A stretch of 63,788 bases of DNA, filler included, from Candidatus Rokuibacteriota bacterium (lineage in GTDB: Bacteria; JAUVQV01; DATDCY01): assembly GCA_031406795.1 (NCBI GenBank). It is 5 parts of 5 records of this genome, joined end to end, with 100 filler letters (N's around TTAATTAATTAA, not from the genome) between each part and the next. Parts side by side here need not be neighbours in the genome. Positions count along the whole stretch, not along the records: positions 35,698 to 63,788 come from JANOHV010000091.1; 4 more parts are not named here. One strand, given 5' to 3'. The number at the start of each line of letters is the position of its first letter. Position 1 is the stretch's first letter. The notes beneath the pieces were generated by a model, which saw only the letters and a program-made list of their open reading frames with translations, did no database searches and was not told where the DNA came from. Made by a program: the position numbers and the translations under genes. Positions 46,198-57,444 of the stretch are shown piece by piece.

Positions 46198-48918
46198 CTA
46201 GCTTGACGGGATTTGAACCGGACGCCGCTTCACGCCCCTCGCGCGAAGCCATTTCTCGATGCCGACCACGAATGAAGAGAGCACGGACACCACCAGTATC
46301 CGGCCCCAGGCCTCGATGCTGATGGGCGCGCTGTGAAACATGATGTTCATCGTCGGCAGATACGTGAACATCATTTGCAGGATCACCATGATCGCAACGC
46401 CGCCAAACAGCAAGGGGTTCGAGAAAAATCCCAAACGGAAAGCTGACTGCGTTAAAGAGCGACAGTTGAACAGGTAGAACAGTTCTACAAGAACAAAGAC
46501 GTTCACCGCCACCGTACGAGCCTCCGCAACAGTGGCACCCGTCATCAACTCCCACTCGAAAAGGCCGAATGCCCCTGCAAGCAGCAGCATCCCGACAATG
46601 AACAGCCGCCAACCAAGCACCCCGGTGAGTATGGGCGCCCTGGGGTCCCGCGGCGGCCGCGACATGATGCCGGGCTCTTTGGGCTCGAAAGCGAGCATCA
46701 GCCCCAGCAGCACGGCGGTAGTCATGTTGATCCACAGGATCTGCACGGGGAGGATCGGCAGCGGGACCCCCGCGAATATCGCCGCCAAGATCACCAGCCC
46801 CTCGCCGAGGTTGGTGGGCAGCGTCCAGACAATGAACTTGGTGAGATTGTCGAAGATGCCTCGCCCTTCCTCTACGGCGGCCTCTATGGAGGCGAAGTTG
46901 TCATCCATCAACACCATGTCGGCGGCCTCTTTGGCCACGTCGGTTCCGGTGATGCCCATGGCCACGCCGATGTCTGCCCTCTTCAACGCCGGCGCATCAT
47001 TGACCCCGTCTCCGGTCATTGCCACGACGTTCCCCTTGGCCTGAAGTGCTTCAACCAGACGAAGTTTTTGCTCTGGCGTCACCCTGGCGAAAACGGAAGT
47101 CCGTTCGGCAACATCGATCAATTCCAGGTCGGAGATTCCCGTCAATGCTTTCCCGGTGACGACATCGGATGGGTTGTGCAGACCCACCTGTCGCGCAATC
47201 GAGGAGGCCGTCAGGGCGTGGTCGCCGGTTATCATCTTGACGCGAATGCCCGCTGTGTGACACTTCTGAACTGCGAGGATCGCCTCCTGCCGGGGCGGGT
47301 CGATCATTCCCTGGAGACCGAGGAAGATCAATCCGGAAGCCAGATCAGGGTGATTCAGACCGGTTGTCCCTCGCTTGATTTCTCCTCGTGCAAAGGCGAG
47401 CACCCGCAGGCCCCTGGCTGCCATTTCTCCCACCGCGCCGTGTATCCGTTCGGCATCCAGTACGGCAGGCCGCCCTGCGCTATCAAGGGACAGAGCGCAT
47501 CTCTCCAGGATGGTTTCCACCGAACCCTTGACGTACATGATGCCGGGGTTGTCGGCTCCTCCGGAATGCAGGGTCGCCATGTACTGGTGCTGCGATTCGA
47601 AAGGGATGGCATCGATGCGCGGCAATTCCTTCCCCAGGATGCCCAAGTCTAGCCCCGCCTTGACCGCGGAGACCAGCAACGCTCCTTCGGTGGGATCACC
47701 CTGTACCGCCCAGCGGCCCTCCACCTGCACGAGCAAGCTGTCGTTGCACAACAAGCCTGCTTTCAGGCACTCCATCAGTGCCGGTGACCCGGGGGTGTCC
47801 ACCGCAACCCCTTGCCTGAGTATTCCGCCTGTTGGCGCGTAGCCTGCACCGGAGACTTCAAAGCGCTCGCCGCCGGCCACAATCTCCTGCACGGTCATCT
47901 GGTTCTCGGTCAGTGTGCCGGTCTTGTCGGAGCAGATGACCGTCGTGCTGCCGAGGGTCTCCACTGCCGTGAGCTTGCGGATTACAGCGCGTCTCCGCGC
48001 CATCCGCGAAACGCCGATGGCCAGAGTGATAGTCATGGCCGCCGGCAGCCCCTCGGGGATGGCCCCAACTGCCAGGGCCACGGCCGCCATGAACATGTCG
48101 AAGACGGATTGCCCACGCATCAGGCCTGCGACAAAGGTGACCGCTGCGAGAGCCAGAATCGCATAGAGCAAGATATGGCTAAAGCGGGCGATCTTTCGGG
48201 TCAGCGGGGTCGCCAATGCCTCTGTTGACGAGATGAGTTCGGAAATGCGGCCCACTTCTGTCTGGTCGCCAATGGCGACGACAATGCCGACCCCCTGACC
48301 GTAGGTAACCAGCGCCGATGCGTACGCCATGTTTCGCCGGTCGGCCAATCCCGTGTCGTGATCGAGGACATCCGGTTTCTTGCCCACGGGGACAGACTCC
48401 CCGGTCAGAGCGGACTCATCAACCTGAAGGTCCCGTGCTTGAAACAGGCGCATATCCGCGGGCACTTTGTCGCCGGACTGCAGAAAGATGATGTCGCCCG
48501 GGACCACTTTCGTCGAGGAGATGCGTCGTTTCTCGCGTGCGCGCAGTATCGTTGCCTCAGTGGTCATCGTCCTGGCCAAAGCTTCTATGGCTTTGACCGC
48601 TTTCGCCTCCTGCACAAATCCTATGAACGCATTGACCAGCACAACCCCGAAAATAACCCCGGAATCGACCCATTCCTGAAGCAAGGCCGTAACGGTGCCG
48701 GCCGCCAGCAGAATGTAGATCAGGGGCTGATGGAATTGGAGCAACAATCGCAGCAAAGGCCCTCTTCCCTTTTTCCCGGTGATCGCATTGGGCCCGAAGT
48801 GTTTCTGACGAGTCTCGACCTCGAACAGGTCGAGCCCTTTCTCCTTGTCACCGTCCAGGAGGCCGATTACCTCATCCGCCGGCAGGTGATGCCAGTGTTT
48901 GCCGATCAAGGAGTTCAC
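46198..48918 (-). CDS. P-type IIA cation-transporting ATPase (CtpF/PacL-like)
   Basis: LTGES, AIPEGLP, CSDKTGTLT, MITGDH, TGDGVND; M6 QILWINMTTA. Confidence 0.95.
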   Translation of the reverse strand: MNSLIGKHWHHLPADEVIGLLDGDKEKGLDLFEVETRQKHFGPNAITGKKGRGPLLRLLLQFHQPLIYILLAAGTVTALLQEWVDSGVIFGVVLVNAFIGFVQEAKAVKAIEALARTMTTEATILRAREKRRISSTKVVPGDIIFLQSGDKVPADMRLFQARDLQVDESALTGESVPVGKKPDVLDHDTGLADRRNMAYASALVTYGQGVGIVVAIGDQTEVGRISELISSTEALATPLTRKIARFSHILLYAILALAAVTFVAGLMRGQSVFDMFMAAVALAVGAIPEGLPAAMTITLAIGVSRMARRRAVIRKLTAVETLGSTTVICSDKTGTLTENQMTVQEIVAGGERFEVSGAGYAPTGGILRQGVAVDTPGSPALMECLKAGLLCNDSLLVQVEGRWAVQGDPTEGALLVSAVKAGLDLGILGKELPRIDAIPFESQHQYMATLHSGGADNPGIMYVKGSVETILERCALSLDSAGRPAVLDAERIHGAVGEMAARGLRVLAFARGEIKRGTTGLNHPDLASGLIFLGLQGMIDPPRQEAILAVQKCHTAGIRVKMITGDHALTASSIARQVGLHNPSDVVTGKALTGISDLELIDVAERTSVFARVTPEQKLRLVEALQAKGNVVAMTGDGVNDAPALKRADIGVAMGITGTDVAKEAADMVLMDDNFASIEAAVEEGRGIFDNLTKFIVWTLPTNLGEGLVILAAIFAGVPLPILPVQILWINMTTAVLLGLMLAFEPKEPGIMSRPPRDPRAPILTGVLGWRLFIVGMLLLAGAFGLFEWELMTGATVAEARTVAVNVFVLVELFYLFNCRSLTQSAFRLGFFSNPLLFGGVAIMVILQMMFTYLPTMNIMFHSAPISIEAWGRILVVSVLSSFVVGIEKWLRARGVKRRPVQIPSS

Positions 48919-49300
48919 GATCTCGCCCCCGCAACCATTTCAGCCGTTTTCATTCCGCCCCCAAAGGACCCATGGGCCCTGCGGCACTTCTCCTACCCTA
49001 TATCTGCAATGCCCCGGTGTCTGCACAAGTCGAGATTTCCTCAAGTTCATCACTTCCGCGGGAAGTTGCCGGAGTAGCGATTAGTTTCACAATAATCAAA
49101 TTTATGAAAGAGTACACTCAAAATCCATGGTGAGGGATCATGAGTGCGGATGTCTTGGCGGCTTTGGGCTTGCCCAACTGGCTCCGGAGAAGCCCCTTCA
49201 GAGAGTCGGGTATCGGAGGTGCGAAATGAGTGCAAGGGATATCTTCTTTGAAAAAGAATAGAAATTTTAATCACGTTGTGCGACTCGTAGAGCTTTCTTC

Positions 49301-49455
49301 GTGATGATGGTCAACTTGCTCGCACGGCAGTCCCGGTTGGTTATCACCGCGTTGGCAGTGGCGCTCTGCGTCATGGTGGGGGTGCTCGACGGATTGAGCG
49401 GTCCCGACTACTCGCTTGCACCTTTCTACCTTGTTCCTGTTGTACTGGCCTCGTC
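49301..49455 (+). pseudogene. Fragment of a membrane sensor domain (DUF4118-like)
   Basis: VMVGVLDGLSGPDYSLAPFYLVPVVLA, then the sequence loses protein-like character. Confidence 0.45.
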
Positions 49456-49710
49456 GGGAACTTCATCCGGCTGCAGGAGTCAAAAAGAGCAGGCGGAGGC
49501 TTATGCGCCACCGTGAATCTGGTGATGAGCGAGCGGCGGGCATGTGAAAGGACCATAATGAACTACCACATCCATGTTTGGACGTGGATGGCCTTGTTGT
49601 CGAGTATTAGCCCTTCCATTCATGCCCCCAGAATCGGCATTTACAGAATTGGCGCACCCGGCGGGGAACGCCAAACAAAACGGGTCACGGCAGGTTATTG
49701 CAACGTAATC

Positions 49711-51402
49711 TCAGAAATAGGCTTTCAGCACGTACTCGTGCATCATTCTCTGGGTATTGAAGAATGAGCCGTTCAGGGCGATGGAGAAGCGCATCACGTC
49801 GACGAAGCGGTCCCGGTCACGATAAAACAGGGGAAGAATGACGTTCTCCAGTTTGTCATAGAGAGCTGCGGCGTCTTTCGGCCGGTCGCCCTCTGCGCCT
49901 GCCCGCGCACCGTTCCCGCCGATGGACCAGCCGGTCAGCCCTTCGATATGCCCCTCGATCCACCAGCCGTCGAGAACGCTCAGGCTCGGGACGCCGTTCA
50001 CCGCCGCCTTCATCCCGCTCGTTCCCGACGCTTCCTGGGGCGGCTCAGGAGTGTTCAGCCACAGGTCGACCCCTGCGGTCACCAGCTTCCCGAGATCCAT
50101 GTCGTAATTCTCGAGATAGGCGATCTTGATTTCCCGCGCAAGGGCTTCCTTTGCCTGGAAGATCCGCTTGATGAGCTCTTTGCCGCCCTGGTCCCGCGGA
50201 TGGGCCTTGCCCGCATAGACGACCTGAAGGCCGCCCTGTTCCGCTGCGATCCGCCTCAGCCTCTCGATGTCCTGGAAAAGCAGGTCTGCCCGCTTGTAGG
50301 TCGAGGCGCGCCGCGCAAAACCGACGGTCAAAACCTCCGGTTCCATTCCGATGCCGGTCGCGGCGTTCACCTGGTCGATCAATTGCCGCTTAGCCCGTGC
50401 ATGGGCCTGCCAGAGCTCCTGTTTGGGAATGCCCAGGGCATACCGGAGGCTGAAACTGTCCTCCCGCCACCCCGGGATGAAGCGGTCGAACAGCTCCTGA
50501 AAGGGGTCCGAAGCCCAGGTGGCCGGGTGAATGCCGTTGGTGATGGCGTCGATGGTGTATCCCGCGAACATGAGACGCGACACTTCGCCGTGCTTTTTGG
50601 CGACGCCGTTGATGTAGCGGCTCAGGTTGAGGGCGAGATAGGTCATGTTCAGAACGGTCCCGTCCGCGGAAACTTCCTTGAGACTGAAAAAGTCTTCGCG
50701 GGGGCCGACAACCCTGCGTGCCAGGTCCAGGGGGAACTGATCGTGTCCGGCGGGGACAGGGGTATGGGTTGTGAATACGCACTTTTCCCTGACCGGTTCG
50801 ACATCGTCCGCAGTGATCGTCGCCCTGCCGGCCTTCTTCGCCTCCTCGTCCAGGAGCTCCAGGGTCAGGAGGCTTGCGTGCCCTTCATTCATATGGAAGC
50901 GCCCGATGTTGTTGTAGCCGAGTTCACGGAGCATCCTGACGCCGCCGATCCCGAGAATCACTTCCTGACACAGACGGTAGTGCGCGTCCCCTCCGTAAAG
51001 AGCGTGGGTCAGCGACCTGGCCCAATCGGCATTTTCCGCAAGATCGGCATCCAGAAAATAGACGGGAACGGTAAACCCACCGGCGCCCTTTACCTCGTAT
51101 TTCCAGGAACGAAGCTGTACCGTCTGTCCCTCTATGGTGACGGATATTCGCTGCGGCATCTCGGTGAGAAAATCCCCGGGGACCCATTCCACGGGCTCCT
51201 CTTGCTGCCATCCGTCCGCCTCGAGTCGTTGACGAAAGTACCCTTTCCGGTAAAGGAGGGTGACGGCAACCAGCGGCACCCTCAAGTCCGCCGCAGCGCG
51301 GATCGTATCCCCTGCAAGGACGCCGAGTCCGCCGCTGTAGGTCGGCATCCGGGCCTCAAGACCAATCTCCATTGAGAAATATGCGACTCTTTGTTCGGCC
51401 AT
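49711..51402 (-). CDS. glgP: Alpha-glucan (glycogen) phosphorylase, short type
   Basis: [59 protein letters not shown]. Confidence 0.95.
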   Translation of the reverse strand: MAEQRVAYFSMEIGLEARMPTYSGGLGVLAGDTIRAAADLRVPLVAVTLLYRKGYFRQRLEADGWQQEEPVEWVPGDFLTEMPQRISVTIEGQTVQLRSWKYEVKGAGGFTVPVYFLDADLAENADWARSLTHALYGGDAHYRLCQEVILGIGGVRMLRELGYNNIGRFHMNEGHASLLTLELLDEEAKKAGRATITADDVEPVREKCVFTTHTPVPAGHDQFPLDLARRVVGPREDFFSLKEVSADGTVLNMTYLALNLSRYINGVAKKHGEVSRLMFAGYTIDAITNGIHPATWASDPFQELFDRFIPGWREDSFSLRYALGIPKQELWQAHARAKRQLIDQVNAATGIGMEPEVLTVGFARRASTYKRADLLFQDIERLRRIAAEQGGLQVVYAGKAHPRDQGGKELIKRIFQAKEALAREIKIAYLENYDMDLGKLVTAGVDLWLNTPEPPQEASGTSGMKAAVNGVPSLSVLDGWWIEGHIEGLTGWSIGGNGARAGAEGDRPKDAAALYDKLENVILPLFYRDRDRFVDVMRFSIALNGSFFNTQRMMHEYVLKAYF

Positions 51403-51549
51403 TGGCTTTCTCCTCGTCTGAAATTGATGTCCTCGGCAGCAACCCCGCTCGTCCTCGGCGGCAAAACATTTTTTTTCGCGCACGACCACTATTCTAAATC
51501 ACTTCTTCGGGAGAAGCCCCCCCGCGCGGCGGCGATGTGCCGGGCACTC

Positions 51550-52118
51550 TCAAACGCCCGTCAGCGGCCGGATCTCGACACGCGCGGCAGCGAGGCGGCG
51601 GTACAGGTCGCGCCGCCGCGCCAGGGGCAGCCAGTCGTAGAGAAAAATCTCGGCGGGCCGCCAGTTTGCCACCCACCCGAAGATCAGCAGGCCTTCCTGG
51701 ATGAGGTGCCCGGCGAGAAGGTAGGTGGTGATCAGGTGCCCGGCGAGCAGGCAGAACGAGAGGACCGAGAGCCCGACGACGAGAGCGCGGCGGCCGAGCC
51801 GGAAGAGTTCCTTGATGTCTCTGCCCAAGACGGCGCCCCGGTAGGCGAAATAGTTCCGGATCGCCTCCTCGAGGCTCAGGGCGCTCTCCTTGCGGGCCTC
51901 CTCCTCGGGAAGGTGGATGACGATCATAAAGCCTGCGTCCCGCGGCAGCTCCAGGGCCCAGCCGACGATGTACTCCTCGGCGTCGTCGTCGAGGTCTTTG
52001 GCACGGAAAGGCGAAGGGTCAAGATAGTTGAAGAGCTGGCGGGGGTCCTTGACGCGCAGTTCGATCGACAGCTCGTTGCCTGCCCCGGCCCCGTCAAGGG
52101 GTGTTCACCAGAGATCAT
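51550..52118 (-). pseudogene. Conserved hypothetical membrane protein with apparent frameshift near the start
   Basis: Frame open 52104-51550 (IELRV...QLFNYLDPSPFRAKDLDDDAEEYIVGWA...IFGWVANWRP.EIFLYDW) but has no ATG/GTG/TTG upstream of 51927; ATG 52118 is off-frame across a C4 run. Confidence 0.6.
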
Positions 52119-52209
52119 GGAAAGCCTCGTGATGCCGGTTTATCCCGCCGAACCCGCTTGTAGAGTTCCATCGCGACGAAGACCACTCTTTGCATCGAAA
52201 GCCTAGTGG

Positions 52210-53109
52210 CTACCCGAAGAACTGGTTCTTGGCTGCTTCGGCGATGGCCACCACCGCGGGATGCCTGAGCTTTTTTTCCACCGAGATGGCGTAGAACCGT
52301 TCCTTCTGACCATCGACAAGCCCGATTTCCCTGACGCCATATTGTTTTGCTATTTCGCTCCGGATGATCGCCGGGGCGGCGAATACGCCGAGACCCTGCT
52401 GGCCGAACACTTTCAACAACGCACTGTCATCGAATTCGCCGACGATGCGCGGACGGATGTCATGAGCATCAAACCAGTTGGTCAGCAGTCCCCTCAGCGC
52501 CGTACCAGCGGTCGGCAGCAGGAACGGCGCGGTTTGCAGCGAGGCGGGAAAGTCCCGGCGGTATTTCTTTGCAAGCGAATCTACAGCGAACAGAATGATA
52601 TCGCTTTCCCTGAGAAGATGGTTGTAGGCCCGCACTTTAACCGAGGATCCGACGGGTGTGTCGGTCAACACGACATCGAGATTGTGGATGCTCAGTTCGG
52701 CGAGGAGTCGGTCGGGCCGGTTCTCGTGGCAGATGAGTTGAACGTCATCGGACAGACCCAAGACAGGCATCAGAAACTTCTTGGCCAGAAGCTTCGGAAA
52801 CACCTCGGCAATCCCGACATGGACCTTGAGCGGTCTTTTCGCCGGCTGATCCCGCAGTGAATCGAAAATCTCCCGTCCCAAAAGAAAGATCTCCTCCGCG
52901 TACCGGTAGACGACGTGGCCGGCATCGGTCAAGACGAGCTTCCGGCCCTGACGTTCAAAGAGCTTGTGCCCGAGCGCTTCTTCCAGGCGTCCGATCTGCG
53001 TGCTGATCGTGGAGGGAGACAAGCGCAGATTGTCCGCAGCTTTTGTCAGTCCTCCCTGTTTAGCAACCATCCAGAAGTACTGCAGGTGATGATAGTTCAA
53101 CCAGTCCAT
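52210..53109 (-). CDS. nhaR: LysR-family transcriptional activator NhaR
   Basis: WLNYHHLQYFWMVAKQG, YRYAEEIF.LG.E, VGEFDDSALLKVFG, ERFYAISVEKKLRHPAV.AI. Confidence 0.93.
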   Translation of the reverse strand: MDWLNYHHLQYFWMVAKQGGLTKAADNLRLSPSTISTQIGRLEEALGHKLFERQGRKLVLTDAGHVVYRYAEEIFLLGREIFDSLRDQPAKRPLKVHVGIAEVFPKLLAKKFLMPVLGLSDDVQLICHENRPDRLLAELSIHNLDVVLTDTPVGSSVKVRAYNHLLRESDIILFAVDSLAKKYRRDFPASLQTAPFLLPTAGTALRGLLTNWFDAHDIRPRIVGEFDDSALLKVFGQQGLGVFAAPAIIRSEIAKQYGVREIGLVDGQKERFYAISVEKKLRHPAVVAIAEAAKNQFFG

Positions 53110-53250
53110 GCCGCTGATCATTATTCGCTTTTATCAAACAGTCAAGTCCAAATTAGGAAATGGACCGAAACGTGCGGACCCGCTATGTTCGTCGCTGATG
53201 GATACGGCAGGTCGGCGTCCGTTACCGCGCGGGTTTGAGGTTTTCATGGC

Positions 53251-53423
53251 ATGAGGATACTCGTTCGGCATCCCGCCGGTGATGCAGACGCCAGACTGGC
53301 GTCACATGCCGAAAAGCTTCTGCGACGGGTGCTCGATCGTTACTGCCTGTCGGTCGACCGTGTCCAGGTGAGGCTGAACACGTCGGCGAACGCCGAAGGG
53401 GCGCTCAATTCGCGGTGCCGGCT
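53251..53423 (+). pseudogene. Truncated second copy of the HPF/RaiA-like gene
   Basis: Near-identical to 39964-40136, then breaks off. Confidence 0.88.
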
Positions 53424-53429
53424 CCGAAA

Positions 53430-53521
53430 CTGCATGGTTGGTACTACGACATCGGCACCGGAAAAATATTTTCGTATAACCCCGGGAACGATGAATTCGA
53501 GGCGATCTCGTGAGAGCTGCC
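53430..53521 (+). pseudogene. can: Orphan 3' end of carbonic anhydrase (repeat of 42874-42965)
   Basis: 92-bp near-identical copy encoding LHGWYYDIGTGKIFSYNPGNDEFEAIS*. Confidence 0.9.
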
Positions 53522-53558
53522 GGCATCAGCGGGTTGCGGCAACCCAAGGAGGCATGAA

Positions 53559-54407
53559 ATGAACGGAGTGCGAACGACGGTTCTCATGGTCGCCCTGACC
53601 CTGATGTTGGTGTTCGTCGGCGGGCTGATCGGCGGGAGATCGGGCATGACCATCGCCCTGGTCATGGCCTTCGGCATGAACTTCGTCAGCTACTGGTTCA
53701 GCGACAAGATCATTCTCAAGATGTATCGTGCGCGGGAGGTCGGCGCGGCTGAAGCCCCGGAGCTTTACGCAACGGTCGGCAGGCTCGCCCGCAAGGCGGA
53801 AATTCCCCTGCCGAAGGTGTACGTCATGGACGAGGACCAGCCGAACGCTTTCGCGACGGGGAGAAATCCCGAGCATGGCGTCGTTGCCGTCACGACCGGC
53901 CTCATGAGGATCCTCTCGCGGGAAGAGCTCGAAGGGGTTCTCGCGCACGAGCTGGCCCACATCAAGAACCGGGATATTCTCGTGGCGACGGTCGCCGCCG
54001 CGATCGCGGGCGCGATCAGTTACCTCGCGCAGATGGCGCAGTGGGCCGCGCTCTTCGGCGGACGCCGGGATGACGATGGCGAAGGAAGCAATCCCGTCGC
54101 GGCTCTGGTCATGATGATCGTGGGCCCGCTTGCCGCCATGGTGATCCAGATGGCCATCTCCCGCTCACGCGAGTACGGCGCGGACGCGGGCGGGGCGGAG
54201 ATTTCCGGCACCCCGCGCCAGCTTGCGAACGCCCTGCGGAAATTGCACGCCGCCTCCCGCAGCATCCCGATGCACGCCAACCCGGCAACGGCCCACATGT
54301 TCATCGTGAGCCCCCTTTCCGGTGGCGGCATGTTCAAGCTCTTCAGCACCCATCCGCCCATGGAAGAGCGGATCGCCAGGCTGGAATCAATGCGACCAGG
54401 TGCATAA
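53559..54407 (+). CDS. htpX: Zinc metalloprotease HtpX
   Basis: [43 protein letters not shown]. Confidence 0.96.
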   Translation: MNGVRTTVLMVALTLMLVFVGGLIGGRSGMTIALVMAFGMNFVSYWFSDKIILKMYRAREVGAAEAPELYATVGRLARKAEIPLPKVYVMDEDQPNAFATGRNPEHGVVAVTTGLMRILSREELEGVLAHELAHIKNRDILVATVAAAIAGAISYLAQMAQWAALFGGRRDDDGEGSNPVAALVMMIVGPLAAMVIQMAISRSREYGADAGGAEISGTPRQLANALRKLHAASRSIPMHANPATAHMFIVSPLSGGGMFKLFSTHPPMEERIARLESMRPGA

Positions 54408-54475
54408 CCAGGAAGCGTCATCAAGATGGTGGCGGTCTTCCAGCGATTGGCAGCAGGACGAGGGGGGCGGTGCAG

Positions 54476-54775
54476 ATGAAACCAAGCAGAAGCGAAGAGG
54501 AGTACATTGCGCGACAGCAGTTCGAGCTGCTGAAGAAGTCTGAAGCGGAGAAGCGGAGGCAGTTGACGGAGGCCGAGCAGAAGGCGGCACAGGAACTGCA
54601 TTGGATGAAATGCCCCAAGTGCGGCATGAGCCTGGTGGAGGTCGAATACAGGAAGATCAAGGTGGACAAGTGTTCTTACTGCGGCGGCATCTGGCTCGAC
54701 GCCGGCGAGATGGAGCACGTCGCCAAGATCGACAAGACTAGCCTGGACAAGCTCTTCAGCGTCTTCAAGAGGTGA
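54476..54775 (+). CDS. zf-TFIIB-type zinc-ribbon protein
   Basis: EEEYIARQQFE, MKCPKCGM.L, VDKCSYCGGIWLDAGE. Confidence 0.88.
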   Translation: MKPSRSEEEYIARQQFELLKKSEAEKRRQLTEAEQKAAQELHWMKCPKCGMSLVEVEYRKIKVDKCSYCGGIWLDAGEMEHVAKIDKTSLDKLFSVFKR

Positions 54776-54890
54776 TCTTCAAGCCCGGCGCCGGCGCGGT
54801 CGCTTCGCGGGAACTTCAACCGGGCGCGGGTGTCAAAAAGACAGATGAGTATTCTTAACAGGGCCCTGCCGACCGCAGGCATTTGCCACA

Positions 54891-55331
54891 ATGTCCGCTA
54901 AAGTGTTTTGGAAGTCACCGGTGGGGGTGCGCCTGCTGGTTGTCGCGTTGGCGGTCTTGTCTCTGGGGTCCCCCTGGCTCGCCGGCAGGGGCGATTGCCG
55001 GGAGCCCGGATGCATCACGGAGAGCGCGCCCTTCCTTGTCCCCGAGGTATTTGCGCCCCCCGGAGCGCTTCCCTCTTGCTGCCCCCCCTCCTGCGAAACT
55101 GAACCGAGCGGGGGATGCGCGCAGACGTGCGATCTTGTCCCGGAATCGATCTCCGGACGGCAGCCCCAGAGCATCCGCCAGGGAGCGGTTGAACCGCGGT
55201 CCCTGGCTTTCGCCGCCGCTGTCGGCCCCGATGCCGTGCTTGCCGCAGGTTCACTGCGCACGCCCGCCGACGGACCGCCCGCTCCCTCATCCGCCCCCCT
55301 GTTCATCAGGCACAAGTCCCTCATCCGCTAA
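54891..55331 (+). CDS. Exported Cys-rich protein, candidate metal-sensing leader peptide
   Basis: Signal peptide, SCCPPSC...C...C, Pro-rich C-terminus ending PLFIRHKSLIR; precedes the ABC operon. Confidence 0.55.
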   Translation: MSAKVFWKSPVGVRLLVVALAVLSLGSPWLAGRGDCREPGCITESAPFLVPEVFAPPGALPSCCPPSCETEPSGGCAQTCDLVPESISGRQPQSIRQGAVEPRSLAFAAAVGPDAVLAAGSLRTPADGPPAPSSAPLFIRHKSLIR

Positions 55332-55496
55332 TTGTCCCGGGCGCCGTGCCGCCGCCGCGTCGAGCGGTGCCGGCGGGCGGCGCCCCTCTCGCCAGGCGAT
55401 CTGTTTTTCAGTGATGCCGATGATCCGCGCGCGAACAGGAATGCGCATGGCTTTCGCGGGCGGGTACCACCAATCCGAACCGGAGGAAGGACGTAC

Positions 55497-56654
55497 ATGA
55501 CGCTTACTGACATAACGTTGCTCAACCTGCGCCGGAGGAAGGCCCGGGCCGCCTTCGTGCTCGCCGCTCTCGCCATCGGGGTCGCCGCGGTTGTGGCCCT
55601 GGTATCCCTCTTCCGCTCGATGAGCCAGGGGATTCAGCACGGGATGGAGAAGTACGGTGCCAACATCATGGTGGTGCCCAGAACCGACACCCTGCCGCTG
55701 ACCTATGCCGGGATGGACCTCGGCGGGGTCTCCTTCCGGGTGGAAGAGATTCGTCAGGAGGATGTCGATCGCATCCGCACGATACCCAGCGCGAAGGACC
55801 TGGCCGTGGTCGGTCCCCTGCTTCTGGGGTCGGTTGATGCGGGAGGAACCCCGGCCGTTCTTGCCGGGTTCGACCTGACCACGGCAGAGGTGCTCAAACC
55901 GTGGTGGCGGGTCGAGGGGCGGCTGCCGGGCTCCACCGAGGTGATGCTGGGAGCTGTTGCCGCGCGGTTGTTGAATGTCGCTCCGGGGGACCGGTTGCGG
56001 ATAGGCGACTCATCCTACCCCGTGACCGGGACCCTGGCGGAGACCGGTTCCCAGGACGACAACCTGGTCATCTCTTCATTAGAGACAGCGCGAGCGATTC
56101 TCGGCCGCCCGGGGGCGGTCTCGATGGTCGAGGTCGCCGCCCACTGCGCCGCCTGCCCGATCGAGGCGATCATGGCGGAGATCGAGCGGGTGCTGCCGAC
56201 GGCCCGCGTGACCGCGATCAAGCAGGTCGTTGCCAGCCGCATGGCGGCACTGGAGCAGTTCGAGGGCTTCCTGATGGGAGTCTCGGGGATCCTGCTTTTC
56301 GTCGGCAGCCTGATCGTTTTCGTCACCGTGACCGCAAGCGTCAGGGAGCGCACGGCCGAGATCGGGGTCTTTCGCGCCATCGGCTTCCGGCGCTCGGCCA
56401 TCATGGGCGTCATCCTCGGGGAGGCGGCGATCATCTCTGCTCTGGCCGGTGTCGCCGGCTACGCGGTCGGCCTGGGTGGAGCGCGACTGCTGGCGCCGCT
56501 GTTCCAGGGCGGGGCGCAGGCAGCCTGGGAGTTCGACCCGGTGCTGCCTCTTGCGGCGGTGACGCTCTCGGTCGCCCTCGGCCTCCTGGCGAGCCTTGTC
56601 CCCGCCATCCAGGCCTCCCGGCTCGACCCCACCATGGCTTTACGAACCCTGTGA
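55497..56654 (+). CDS. MacB/FtsX-like ABC transporter permease with CxxC
   Basis: YGANIMVVP, TGSQDD, HCAACP, SVRERTAEIGVFRAIGF, ASRLDP..AL. Confidence 0.92.
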   Translation: MTLTDITLLNLRRRKARAAFVLAALAIGVAAVVALVSLFRSMSQGIQHGMEKYGANIMVVPRTDTLPLTYAGMDLGGVSFRVEEIRQEDVDRIRTIPSAKDLAVVGPLLLGSVDAGGTPAVLAGFDLTTAEVLKPWWRVEGRLPGSTEVMLGAVAARLLNVAPGDRLRIGDSSYPVTGTLAETGSQDDNLVISSLETARAILGRPGAVSMVEVAAHCAACPIEAIMAEIERVLPTARVTAIKQVVASRMAALEQFEGFLMGVSGILLFVGSLIVFVTVTASVRERTAEIGVFRAIGFRRSAIMGVILGEAAIISALAGVAGYAVGLGGARLLAPLFQGGAQAAWEFDPVLPLAAVTLSVALGLLASLVPAIQASRLDPTMALRTL

Positions 56655-56671
56655 GAAGCGGAGGAATGCAC

Positions 56672-57406
56672 ATGAATTTTCTAACTGCCTGCAACCTGGG
56701 CAAGCGCTACGGTGAGGGCCCCTCTGCAGTGGAAGCGGTTCGCGGCGTCGATCTCTCGGTCGGCCGCGGCGAGTTCGTGGCGGTGATGGGCCCCTCCGGC
56801 TCCGGCAAGTCCACGCTGCTCGCGATGCTCGGGGCGCTCTCCACTCCCAGCGGGGGGAGCTACACGGTCGACGGCGCCGACATCGGCGCGCTCGATTCCG
56901 AGCAGCGGGCCGATTTCCGGCGGGACACCCTGGGCTTCGTCTTCCAGAGCTTCCACCTCCTGCCGGCTCTGACCTTGTTGGAGAACGTGATGCTGCCGCT
57001 GTCGGTGGTTTCCGGAAACCGGGCGGACAAGACCGCCCGGGCCCGGGCGGCTCTGGAACGGGTCGGACTCGCCGACAAAGGCGGCCGGTTGCCGGGGGAA
57101 GTTTCCGGCGGCGAGGCGGAGCGCGCCGCGGTGGCGCGGGCGATCGTCAACCGACCGCCTCTGCTCCTGGCGGACGAGCCCACCGGCAACCTCGACAGCA
57201 GCACGGGGCGCCACGTCATGGAACTGCTGGCGGGACTTTCCCGCGACGGGGTGACGGTAGTCATGGTGACTCACAGCAGCGAGTGCGCCCGCTATGCGCA
57301 CCGCATCCTGCACATGTGCGACGGTCTGATCGCCCGGGAGGAGCAGGTGCAGCCCCGGTTCGATGCCATTCCCGCGCCCGAAACAGTTCTGGCCGCCGCA
57401 TGCTGA
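56672..57406 (+). CDS. LolD/MacB-type ABC ATP-binding protein
   Basis: GPSGSGKST, GFVFQSFHL, VSGGE, LLADEPTGNLD, VTH. Confidence 0.95.
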   Translation: MNFLTACNLGKRYGEGPSAVEAVRGVDLSVGRGEFVAVMGPSGSGKSTLLAMLGALSTPSGGSYTVDGADIGALDSEQRADFRRDTLGFVFQSFHLLPALTLLENVMLPLSVVSGNRADKTARARAALERVGLADKGGRLPGEVSGGEAERAAVARAIVNRPPLLLADEPTGNLDSSTGRHVMELLAGLSRDGVTVVMVTHSSECARYAHRILHMCDGLIAREEQVQPRFDAIPAPETVLAAAC

Positions 57407-57444
57407 TGGCGGCCGCCAAGGCTACGACAACAAGGAGGAATCCG

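Noticed and set aside
49500-49625. Short minus-strand ORF pieces downstream of glgP
   Set aside because: Interrupted by stops and not assignable to any family from sequence alone.
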